Assembly: GCA_013239625.1 (NCBI GenBank)
Contig: MU056050.1
Coordinates: 3,706,084 to 3,770,083 of the forward strand
Direction of reading: 5' to 3'
Length of the DNA stretch: 64,000 nucleotides
Origin: Lama guanicoe
Lineage: Eukaryota
This document shows positions 39,650 to 51,733 of the stretch, in pieces. Each line of letters begins with the position of its first letter. Positions within the stretch are counted from its first letter, which is position 1. Both the position numbers and the translations under genes were made by a program. Under the pieces are notes generated by a model. That model saw nothing but the letters and a program-made list of their open reading frames with translations. It was not told the origin of the DNA and made no database searches.

Positions 39650-41420
39650 AGGTTTCCTAAGGTATGGTTTACTTACAGTAACATTCTTCCTATTTAGATA
39701 TACAGTTTACAGATGGGTTTGAGTAACATATAACCATATTTGTTGTTTATGTAACCATAATGGTCATATAAACCACTATTGAAATCAAGTTATAGAATAT
39801 TTTCATCATTCTAAAGGTTCCCTTTGTAATCAATCACCTCACCTACCCTATTCCCTGAACCGATTTTTGTCCCTGCAATTTAACTTTTTCCATAATGTCA
39901 TACAAATGGAATATGTAGTCTTTTGTTTCTGGCTTCATTCACTTAACATAATGCTTTTGAGATTCATCATTGTTGTTGCATGAATCAGTAGTTTGATTGA
40001 TTTTATCAAGGAGTAGTATTCTATTTATTGATGTACCACAATTGGTATATCCATTCTGCAACTGACCAACACTTGGGTTATTTCTGTTTTTTAAGGAGCT
40101 ATATAAATATTTGAGCATAGGCCTTTGTGTGTATATGTGGATAAATACTCAGGGAGAGGGGTTGCTAAGTAGTTTCGTGAGTATGTCTATGTTTTACTTT
40201 ATAAGAATTTGTCAAACTGTTTTCCAAAATGGCTTTACCGTGATGCATTTCTGCTAGCAATATGTGAAAGTTTCAGTTTTTCCATACTCTCTCCAGCACT
40301 TGGTATCGTCAGTTTTAAAAAAACGATTTAGCTGTTCTAAAAAGTGTGTAGTAATATTTTCTTGTGGTTTCAATTTGCATTTTTCTACTGATCAATGGTG
40401 TTGACCATGTTTTCATATGCATTTTGACAACTTATAATTTTTCTTGGATGAAGTATCTGTTCAATCTTTTGTCCATTTTATTGCTGAATTTTCTGTTTTT
40501 TTTTTTTCTTATTGAGTGGTTTGAATTCTTTATGTATTTTGGATATAAGTCCTTTATCAGAAATATATGTCCAAATATTTTCTCCTAGCATGTGGCTTGT
40601 CCTTTTATTTTTTAAAGCATCATCCTAAAAAGATCAGAAGTTTAAAATTCAACAAATATTTCTTTTATCATTTTTGCTTTTTGTGGTTTTACTGAGAGAT
40701 TTTTGCCTAACCTAAGATCACAAAGATTTGCTCCTTTGTTTTCTCTAGTAGAAGTTTGTAGTTTTCAGTCTCATATACAAGCTTATGATCCATTTTGAGT
40801 TAAATTCAGTAGATAGTGCAAGATAAGGGTTGAGTTTTTTTTTTTCCTCAACTTAATATTCATTTCTTCTAGCACAATTTGTTATTAAGCCTCTTAATTC
40901 TTCATGCAGTATTTTGTCAACTTTGTTGAAAAGCAATTGACCATATATGTATGAGTTTGTTTCCGTATGTGTTCCATTGTTTTTTGTCTATCCTTATGCC
41001 AACAGTATATTATCCTGATTAGTCTACCATTATAGTAAGTTTTAAAATCTTAATATAAGTCTTTCAGCTTTGTTCTTTATCGTTTTGAGGGGAGCTTTTC
41101 TAGGTTCTTTTTTTTTTCCATATAAATTTTAGAATTAGCTTTTCCATTTCTGCTAAAAAAAAAAAGCCTGCTGGGATTTTGTTTGGGATTTAGCTCATTT
41201 GGGGAAGAATTGAGATTCTAAACATTTTGAATCTTAGGAGTCATTAGCATGGTAGCTCTCTCCATTTATATGTCTTTAATTCTTTTACCTATGTTTCATA
41301 GTTTTCAATATACAAATATTTCACATATTTAGATATATCTCTAAATATTTAATGTTTTGATATTATTTTAAATGGTACTTTTTATTTAATAAATTTCAAT
41401 CACTTATTCTCCATTGTTTG
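39650..41420 (-). mobile_element. Old L1 3' fragment (L1MD/L1MC-like)
   Basis: Antisense 3'UTR and ORF2 sequence; ORF 40364-40588 is its antisense frame. Confidence 0.8.
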
Positions 41421-41429
41421 TATATAGAA

Positions 41430-41640
41430 TACAGTAGATTGTATATTTGAAAAGTGCTAAGAGTAAATCTTAAAGAGTTGTCACAAGAAAAAAATTTTGT
41501 AACTATGTGAGGTGATGGATGTTAACAAAACTTATTGTGATGATCATTTTGCAATATACATATATCAAATCATTATGTTGCATAACTGAAACTTATACAA
41601 GGTCAATTATGTCTCAGTAAAATTGGGGGAAAAGATTCAC
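41430..41640 (+). mobile_element. L1MA-type 3' terminus
   Basis: GTAACTATGTGAGGTGATGGATGTTAAC...TGATCATTTTGCAATATAC...AAACTTATACAA. Confidence 0.75.
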
Positions 41641-41699
41641 AAAAACAAACAAACAAAGAATTAACTCCTGATACAAGTAATAAGATGGATGAATCTGTA

Positions 41700-44600
41700 C
41701 AGTTCCATGTATATGAGCCTCAGTGTCCTGTAGGACAATATTAAGAGGTTATCTTAAATATTAGAGTTGCAGAAGGAGGAATTGGCTGAAAAAATAATGA
41801 CCAAAATTTAACGTAGGTTAAAAACCTATAGAACCAGAATAATTAGAGGAAATGTAAATGTTGTAGATGCTTGAATTACAAGTCAGAAATTGTTAGCTTA
41901 GATTAAAACCCAATTATATGCTGCCTACATGAAACAACACTTTAAATACAGAGATTCAGACTGACATTAGAAGCATGGGGAAAAAACATAACATGTAAAC
42001 ATTATCACAAGAAATCCTGTGAAATCTGAAGTGTTATATTAATACCAAAGTAGACTTTGAGGTAATGGATATTATCAAAGTTAAAGGGAGACTTTCATAA
42101 TGATAAATGGATCAGTTCATCTGGAAAACATAACAATACTGAATAAGTGAAGACAGAAAACTTGAAAAATACTAACAAGTTGACTCAATTGACATTTATA
42201 AAAAAACTGTATACCCCCAAAAGCAAAATGGACATCATATTCAAATGCATATGTAATAGTCACTGAGCTATACAAGATATACATTATAGTCTGCAATAAA
42301 TAGTATTAATACATTTTAAAGGATTAAAATTGTACAGTTTTTGTTTTCTTATCACAAATAAATTAAATTTGAAATCAGTAACAGAAATACGTTAGGAAAA
42401 TCCCCAAATATTTAGATATTAAAGAACAAATCTTTAAGTAAGCCATAGTTCAAGAAGAAGTCACAGTGGAATTAGATAAAGTTTTGAGCTGAATGAAAAT
42501 GAGAACCCAACATATCAAAAATTTTGGAATGTAGCTGAAGCAGTATTTAGAGGGTTAATACATCATAACTGTTTATCCTAGTAATGTAAGCCTGATTTGA
42601 TATTTTGAAAGCAATTTTATTTTACCATAGTAATGGAATAAAGGAAAATAATTATCCCTATGAAATATGTAGAAAGTGAATTTTGACAAAATTCAACACC
42701 TGTTCCTGATAAGAACTTCTAGTAAGTTAGGAAGAGGAAGAAACTTCCTCTGCCTCTCAAATGATGTGTACAAAAATTGAAATGAACAAACAAAAATCAA
42801 TAAAAAACACTTCTGAGAGAAATTAAAGAAGACTTAAATAAATGAAGTGATAGACCATGTACGTGGATTGCGAGTCTATTGTAAATGTGTCAGTTCTCCC
42901 CCAAACTAATCTGTAGATTTCTTATAATCTCAAATAAATTCCCTGCAGGTTTTATAGAGAAGTTGATACTTGATACTTAAATTAATATGGAAATGCAAAG
43001 GAATTACGTTAGTCAAAGCAATTTTTAAGAAGAGTAACAAATTTGGTGGACTCACATTATCTGGTTTCAAAACTTACTCTAAAGTTACAGTTTCAAAGAT
43101 TATGTTGTGTAGATCATATTGATATGGGAAATGCAAAAGAGTCCAGAAAAAAAGCCACACATATATGGTAAGTTGATTTTCAACAAGATTATCAAGAAAT
43201 TCAGTGGGGGAAAGTATAGTTTTTCCAATAAGTTAATGGTTCTAAATTAAGTGAATACCCCATATGGAAAAAAAAAAGAATTTTGATTTTTGCCTCATAC
43301 CATATACAAAACTAAATTTGAAATGGATCACAGATACAACTGAAAAAAGCTAAGAGTATAAATCATCTGAAAGAAATTATAGAAGAAAATCTTTGTGACT
43401 TTGGGATAGGCAAAAATATCTTAGGGATTACATAAGAGCACTAATGATAAAATTAATAAAAAGATAAATATTGCTAATTATCAGAGAAATGCAAATCAAA
43501 ATTTCAATCAAGTATCACCTCACGGTGGTCAGAATGGCCATCATTAAAAAGTCCACAAACAATAAATTCTGGAGAGGGTATGGAGAAAATGGAATCCTGT
43601 ACTGTTGGTAGGAATGCAGTTTGGTGCAGCTGTTATGGAAAACAGTATGAAGATTCCTCATAAAACTAAAAATAGACTTACCATATGATCCAGCAGTCCC
43701 ACTCCTAGGCATGTATCTGTAGGGAACTCTAATTCAGAAAGATACACCCCAATGTTCATAGCAGCACTATATACAATAGCCGAGACATGGAAACAACCTA
43801 AATGTCCCTCAACTGATGACTGGATAAAGAAGATGTGGTATATTTTTACAATGGAATACTACTCAGCCATAAAAAAGAATAAAATAATGTCATTTGCAGC
43901 AACATGGATGGACCTGGAGATCATCACTCTAAGTGAAGTAAGCCAGAAAGAGAAAGAAAAATAACATATGATATCGCTTTTATGTGGAGTCTAAAAAAAG
44001 AAAAAAGAAGACACTAATGAACTTATCTACAAAACAGAAACAGACTCACAGACATAGTAAACAATATTATGGTTACCGGAGGGAAGGGATAAGTTGGGAG
44101 TTCGAGATTTGCAAATAGTAATTAGTTTATACAAAATAGATAAACAACAAGATTCTTCAGTATGGCACAGGGAACTATATTCAATATCTTGTAGTAACCT
44201 ATGATGAAAAAGAGTATGAAAACAAATTTATGTATGTACATGTATGACTGAAACATCATGCTGTACACCAGAAATTGATACACCATTGTAAACTGACTAT
44301 ACTTCAATTAAAAAAAAGATAAATTTGATTTCATCAAAATGAAAACATCTGCTCTTTGAAATATAATATGAAGAAAATGAAAAGGCAATTCCAGAGTGGA
44401 AGAAAAGAGTCTTTCTATATATAATTGACAAAGAACTAGATGGAAGAAATATTTGAAGACATTTCACCAAAGAAGATATATGAAAGTCAATTAAGTGCAT
44501 AAAAAGATTCTCAATTTCATTAATCATTAAGGAACTACAAATGATAACCATGATGTGATACTACTTCGCACCAACTAGAATGACTAAAATTAAGACTGAT

Positions 44601-45330
44601 GATTGTTAATAAGGTTGTCGAGCAGCCAGGAATCTCATTTGTTGTGGGTGGGAGTATCATATTGTATAACCACTTTGAAAATCAGTCTTATACTTTCTCA
44701 CAAAGTTAAACTTACGCCTACTGTATGACTCAGCAATTCTACTCATAGGTATTTATTTATCCAACAGAAATGAAAACATATGTCTACGAAATGACTTATA
44801 CTCAAATCTTAATGGCAGTTTTATTCATAATAGCCCACAACTTGAAATGACTCAAAGATTCATCAATAGATAAATGGATAAATAGATTATGGTATATCTT
44901 TACAATCAAACATTACTTATACTAATAAGGAAAAAAATCTCCTTATATACACACACAAAAATGGATAAATCTCAGAAACATGCTGAGTGAAGAACCAACA
45001 GAAAATAATACTTTATGATTTCATTTATGTGAAATTCTGGAACATACAAGCTAATCTTCAATGAGAGAAATCTGATCAGTGGTTGCTTAGGGTTGGTGAT
45101 GTGGATTGGGTGCGGGGATAAGGTATGATTGACTGCAAAACGGGAAGGAGAGGTTTGGAGGGGGTTGGAGGTTTGGAGGAGATATTAGAGGAGGGCAGTG
45201 ATTTAAATGTTCTCGTTGTAAAAGTGGTGGTAGTTAAATAGGTATATGCGTTTGTCAAAACTTATTGACCCATACAATTAAAATGAATACTTTTAATTTT
45301 ATATAGACTATGTTAAAATAAAGTTGTTTT
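41700..45330 (+). mobile_element. Heavily fragmented old L1 (ORF2 and 3'UTR), interrupted by a younger L1
   Basis: Degenerate EN, RT-flanking and C-terminal ORF2 sequence; resumes after the TSD at 44324 with TTGATTTCATCAAAATGAAAAC. Confidence 0.75.
43470..44312 (+). mobile_element. Young 5'-truncated L1 (camelid-type 3' tail)
   Basis: TSD AAAAAGATAAAT at 43458-43469 and 44313-44324; ORF 43752-43964 MFIAALYTIAETWKQPKCPSTDDWIKKMWY is the L1 ORF2 C-terminus. Confidence 0.92.
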
Positions 45331-45619
45331 AGAAAGAAGAAAATCCAAGCAATGGCAAAATAGAATTCACTGCTCTGTTTTCAAGCTATACGTATCCTCT
45401 TGCAGTTTTGACAATGGCCTTGTAGGGTACAGGTTCCTGCTTTCTTACCCTCAGGTTAAACATCATTAAAGAAGAGACAGTCCCAAGGGGAAAATCTGAG
45501 GACTTTCTATTCTTATTGAGAACATTTGTATGCTCTAACATATTATATATATTATGGATAGTGTTAAGAAAGAAAATTAAGATTATTTTATAGAGAAATC
45601 ATTAATCAAGAAATTATCA

Positions 45620-46480
45620 ACCACTTAACACCTATTAGGATAACGTAAATTTAGAACAGTGACAGCACAAAATGCTAATGGGATTGTGGAGCAACAGTAA
45701 CTCTCATCTAATTCTGGTGGGTATGCAAAATGGTACAGCCACACTGGAAGAGAGTTTGGCTATTTCTTAGTAAACTATTATACGATCCAGCAATCTCATT
45801 ACTTGGTGTTTACTCAAATGAGTTGCAAACCTCTCTCTACACAAAAACCTGCACATAAATGTTTATATCGGCTTTATTCATAATGCCCCAAACTTGGAAG
45901 CAATCAAGATGTCCTTCATGAGGTGAATGGATGAATAAACTGTAATACATCCAGACAATGGAATATTATTTAGTGCTAAAAACAAATTAGCTGTGGGCCA
46001 TTAAAGGCATGGAGTAACCTTAAATACATATTATTAAGTAAAGGAAGCCTATCTGAAGATTCTATGTGATTACACTATATGATATTCTAGAAAAACGTAT
46101 CTATGGAGACAGTAAAAGGATCAGTGATCAATGGTTGCCATGTGTCATGGAAGGAGAGATGAATAGATGGAGCACAGAAGATTCTTAGAGTAGTGTACTC
46201 TGTATGAAACTGTGATGGTGGATATATGTCATTGTATATTTGTCAGATTACATAGAAATAATGTATAACAGGAGTGAACCTAATATAAACTGTGGATTTT
46301 GGGTGATTATCATGTGTCAGTGTAGGTTCATTGATTGTAACAAATGTACCACTCGGGTGGAGAATGTTGATAATGGGGGAGGCTATGCATGTGTAGGATT
46401 AGGAGATATATAAGAAATCACTTACCTTCCACTCAATTTTCTGTGAACATAAAACTGCCTTAAAAATGAAGGGTTAAAAA
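45620..46480 (+). mobile_element. L1MC-like 3' fragment
   Basis: GTCAGTGTAGGTTCATTGATTGTAACAAATGTACCACTC...GATAATGGGGGAGGCTATGCATGTG is an L1MC-type 3'UTR. Confidence 0.8.
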
Positions 46481-47924
46481 AGAAACTATTATTGCAACCA
46501 CCTTATTACCCTTTTTGTTTCAGATCTGGAATATCTGCACATAAATAATTTATCTCTTTAAAGGAATCTTTACCTAAAATGCTCTCTTAATAAGATTACT
46601 TCTATCTTTATTTTGGTGCTAGAGATGTATGTACACAGATTTATGGCATCAGTAATAATTAATGGCAAAAATTTCCAATCATGCATATTATTTTTTTGGT
46701 AACTTAAAATTGGAGTTTGGCTCTCTACTATACTTCTCTTGCATCAGCCACTGCTTACACCTCTTCTATGCTGCCTGTGACACTGCAGGCATTACTTGTC
46801 CTGCCTCATTTAAATGATGCCTCAGTTGGTGAAGGTGCTGCAGTACAGGATACAGTTCTACATTTGGACTTACTAAATAAAACCTTTATGTGTTTACCTA
46901 GTCTATAAATACTTGGACCTAGACTCAGAGTAGATATATTATGACTGGTATCTTGACCAGTTCTTTTACTGCTTCTCCTTATTGTTTTCTAGAATTCTTG
47001 CCATTAGTTTTAAAGACCACTAAAATGACTCCCTTAGCCATAGTTTTAATTGATTTCTTAGCACCTCCCAGGAAAACTGTATTTTCCCTGAGATGATCAC
47101 CTTTAAAGTAATGAGCATTCTTTCTTTAATTCTGTACAAGTGTTAGATTTTTCAAAAAGGAAATACCAGAATCTCTTACTGCATATGCCCAAGCCCCCTG
47201 TTTTGTACTGGCCATATACTTTGAATTCAAGTGAAAAAGATCCATGTTTCCTGGTTGTCGGAAAAACTGTGTGGTGATGAAAATGTTACTGTATTTCTTG
47301 ATGGTTTACAACTATTTCAGAATAGCACTCATCATTGTCTTTTTGTAGGAAGGTTTCTGCTAGCTTGTGTTAATGTTAATATTTTAGCAATTGTGTCAAA
47401 GCAGACATTTTGAGGACATTAAAAAATGAAAACAAATAATTTATGATCTCATGAAAATGTCTGCACATATTAATTAAGGACCATCTTTTTTAAAAAGACG
47501 ACATTAAATGCAATGCAGCAAAAGAGGCATTCTGCAAAACTGAAATAATAATTGTAATAATTTATTTTCTAAACTACTTTAAAAAAGTAAATTCCTAACA
47601 CATAAAGCTGGGGGGAAAGCCACTATGAGTTGAAAGAATACATTTTTTAAAGAAGTGCAATAGTATTCTGACTTTATCTAATTTTATGACAATTTTACGG
47701 GAGGCAACTGTCAGCCATTTAATTGAAACAGAATGATAAAGGAACTCAAGTAATTCATTTTTGTTCATTTCTATTATGACTTATATAGCTTTAGTAAAAG
47801 TATAACAGAATAAAACCCATCTGTCAAATGAATGTAGACAATAGTGGTATACAATTACAGGCATGCTTATAAAAGAACCAATAAAAGTTGCTACAAAAGT
47901 AAAATTTATATCAGCACTTGGAAC

Positions 47925-48975
47925 ACCCAAAATGCTGTGAAAATATTACAGGAAAAAAACTTATAGGTGAAAAAAACCCATTTTTGTTCATCAAAGAACA
48001 TTATCAAGAATGTAAGAAAAGAACCTACAGAAAGAGATAAAATATTTACTAATCATATATATAACGGTCTAATATCCAGAATACATTAAAAAGCACAATT
48101 CAAAAACAAAAAGACAACCCAGTTAAAAAGAGGACAAGGAATTTGATTAAACATTCCATCCAAAGAAGATCTACAAATGGCCAAGAAGTACATATAAAGA
48201 AGTTAATCATTATTAGTCAGTAGGGAAAGGCAAATTAAACCACTAAATGACACTTTGTACCCTCTAATCCTATTGGATATTATTTAAAAAAAAAGAATTA
48301 GCGTGTGTTGGCAAAGATGTAGAGAATTTAGAACCCTTATGCACTATTGTTGGGAATGTCCAATGGTTCAGTCACTATGAAATACAGTTTGACAGTTCCT
48401 GAATGAGTTAAGTATAGAATAACTTTCTAAGTCAGCAGTCTCATTCTTAGGTATGTACTTAAGAGAACTGAAAGCACATGTCCATACAAAAAATGTACAT
48501 GAATGTTCCTACCAGTATTACTCATAATAATCAAAAAATAAAAGCAGTTCAAATATCTATCAGCTAATGAATGGGTAAACAATATGTAGTATATCCATAC
48601 AATGGAATGTTATTCGGTCATAAAAAGGAATGAAGTACAGTGCATGCTATAATATGGATGAACTTTGAAAACATTATGCTAAGTGAAGGAAGCCAAACAT
48701 GAAGGGTGACATATTGTTTGATTCCACTTATATGAAACATCCAGAATAGATAGAGACAGAAAGCAGATTAGTGGTTACTGAGGTCTGAGAGTAGTGAGTG
48801 AGTGGGAGCTCAGTGGGTACAGAGTTTCTTTTGGGAGTGATGAAAACATTTTGGAAATAGGTAGAGGTGGCAGTTGCATAGGATTAAGAATGTACTAAAT
48901 GCCGCTGAATTGTACACTTTAAAATGGTTAATGGTCAATTTAATGTTATGTGAATTTTACCTCAATAAAAACAAT
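47925..48975 (+). mobile_element. L1MB-like 3' fragment
   Basis: ORF2 C-terminal remnant plus terminus GAATTGTACACTTTAAAATGGTTAATGG...TGTGAATTTTACCTCAATAAAAA. Confidence 0.85.
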
Positions 48976-51733
48976 GAAATATAAAAGTTTATAGGACAGT
49001 CTTGAATCAGATCGAAACATACTTTGGATTCATATTTTAAATAAAATTCAGTCACTCACACTGATTAGACACAAGTAAAATAATGTTCTTCCAGTAGAGT
49101 TGGTTGATTAAGCTAAGTAAGTTTAGGAAACTTGAGTCGAGGATTTTTCGCTATTGAGCTGTGTGACCTAACATAAGTCATTTATCTTCTTTCTACCTTT
49201 ATAGTTTTATCTGTTAGCCTGAAAGAATTGTAAGGAATAAATCATCTTCCCTTACATGAGTGATTTTGTGTATGTAGGAAAGATGGTATTGTGGTTACCA
49301 CTTTAAAGGATGAGTAATGTGAAGAGCTTCAGAAGATAGTTCAGAAAATCAATCCATGATGCAGAAGATATAGAAAGCAGCCCTTTCAAGCAAAGTGAAG
49401 GAAGAATAGGCAAAATTTGAACACAAGTGAACGTGTGTTTTCTTTGTATAAGCACTTGGTTTGATTGTTATTAGCTTCAAATGGGATTAGAAAGTTTCAA
49501 AGCTGGAAGAAGCCTGAATTTTGGAGAAGGATGGTGGAGGGTTGATGCAAGGAAATGCCCTAACTATTTAGATAATCTAGGAAAAGAGTCTGGGGCCTTG
49601 TTGAGGATTCCCTCAGGGATAACTTTTCCTCAATCTTCATTCTCACCACAAGTTCTTTTGAGAGTTAGATGTTAGAGGACCTTTTCTCTTTTGTCATTTC
49701 GATTGCTATTTTAATGAATTTTCTCAGTATTCTTCACTTTTACCTGGCTTAGCCGTGAAGGTAAGGATGAAATGACCATATAAAGGAATTGATTTATTTA
49801 TACATGAGCTCAACTACAGACACTTATTTTCACCCAGCTGTTTCCCTCTCTTTTGTGGAATAGTGTTTAAATTTTCTGTAAATGTTGTATATATGCCCAG
49901 AGGCTATTTATAGCATTGTGTGCATTTGTGAACCAAAGAATAACTAAATAAACACCTCGTTCCTGCTATTTTGAATAGCTGCAATCTCATTTCCTATTCC
50001 AAACTTGTGGAGTGTGGTATTGTGCTTTCAAACAGCTTGCAAACCCAGAGGTGACTAGCTTTCAGTAGAGGGTGACATGATTAAAGTGTACATTCAGGGG
50101 ATGTGATCTTGTAATCGTTTTAAACACAGAATTCCCAATGAAGTTAATAGGAGATGTGCTTATGGACTGATTGTAGATTTTGCTCATGATACACAGGTTT
50201 TGAAGTGGTTTAGAATCCTTTGAGAGGAAAAGTGGTTTATAAATACAGTACTTTACAAATTTTTAAATTGTGGTATCCTTCAAACAAATTGCAATGTAGA
50301 ACATTTTGCAAAGATGGCAATACAACTTTAGTTAAGTAATAAGTGTAGGAGAGAAGGGTGAAGCAGGATAAAGAAAGAAAATAGAAGGTACAGTCTAGAG
50401 CTGCATTGTAATAAAAGAGGTGGAGATATATTGGGATGTAACTGTAAATAGTCATTAGCAGTATTAATGACACATAGTTCTATTGAGTTAGGAATTTATT
50501 TTGAGACAATTTCTAATGCCAGATATTCATATTATATTTAGGCATATTCTGTGGAAGAATAAATACACAATTTAACCTAAGCAGTGCCCCGAATTACCCA
50601 AACTAGTTGAAAGAAAAATTTTTTTCCTGCCTGTTCAACCTAGAGAAAAAAAGCCCAGTCTAGTTTTTCTAAGAAAATTTCCAGGTCACTTCAATTTGAG
50701 TTAGACTTCCAAAGAAAACTAGATATGCAGGTATATTTTCAAAGGAAGAGATTAGTTTAGGCAAACTAGAAAACACATATAGTAAATTCTCTGCTAGGTT
50801 CATTTTTGATTCTATAGAAAACAAATTTGTAATTGAGCAAAGAAACTATGATTGGAGCAGGATGAACAAAGGTACAAAACAAACGGGCAATAATAAGTTT
50901 TTCAGAAGTAAAAACCAAACCAAGCAAAACTTTAAAACAAAAGGAACATGAAAGGAAAAACAGCCTCCAAGAATGAACTTCACAATTTTCAAAAAAAAAT
51001 TTTTTGTCTCTTCTACACATGAACTATATCCATCTAATTTTCCAGTGGCTAAGGAGACAATACAAACTGTGAAGGTCACTGATAAATGAACATAAAATAC
51101 TCAAGTAACACATTTACTGTTATAAACTCATCTCATATACATTTTAATTGCATGAATTAGTACATAAAGAAAAAAGTTATAGTTTATATTTATTCTTAAT
51201 CCAATAGTGTTTGGAAAAATAATCTTAGAAAAAAATATAATGAGATAATATTAAGTTATCTTATTGCCAAAGATTCCATTATTGGTAAAGCAAGGAAATG
51301 TTGAGTACTTTGTAACTCTATTGCAATTTACATTCCTCATCAAGACATTGCTTTTTATTCAAATACAAACTCATTCAGACTGGATTTGTTATTCAAAGTC
51401 CAAAAAGCTTCTTTCTTTCTCCAGGTATATAGATCGTTTGCATTTCTACCCAGGACTTCATTTTCCATATCTGTAAAATGAGGTTATATCAGTATTTCTG
51501 AGATTCCTTTTAGATCCTGAGATATTCTAAGACAGTCCCTTTTAGATATATTGGTGAAGATTTAGTCTTAGGGAAAATTACTATAAGGTAACATCTTGTT
51601 AGTTCTGCTACATTACTATTATCTGTGTGTTGTGTTCCACCAACATGTATACTGTTGCCTTCATCAAATCAAAGATGAGAAGAAGAGAAACACAAAATAA
51701 ACACAAAAATGTTGGAAGCAGTGTGTAAGTCTT

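Noticed and set aside
49728..49760. Plus-strand 33-bp exon candidate (YSSLLPGLAVK, donor GTAAGG)
   Set aside because: Isolated, no phase-compatible partner found; also shows how easily such signals arise by chance here.
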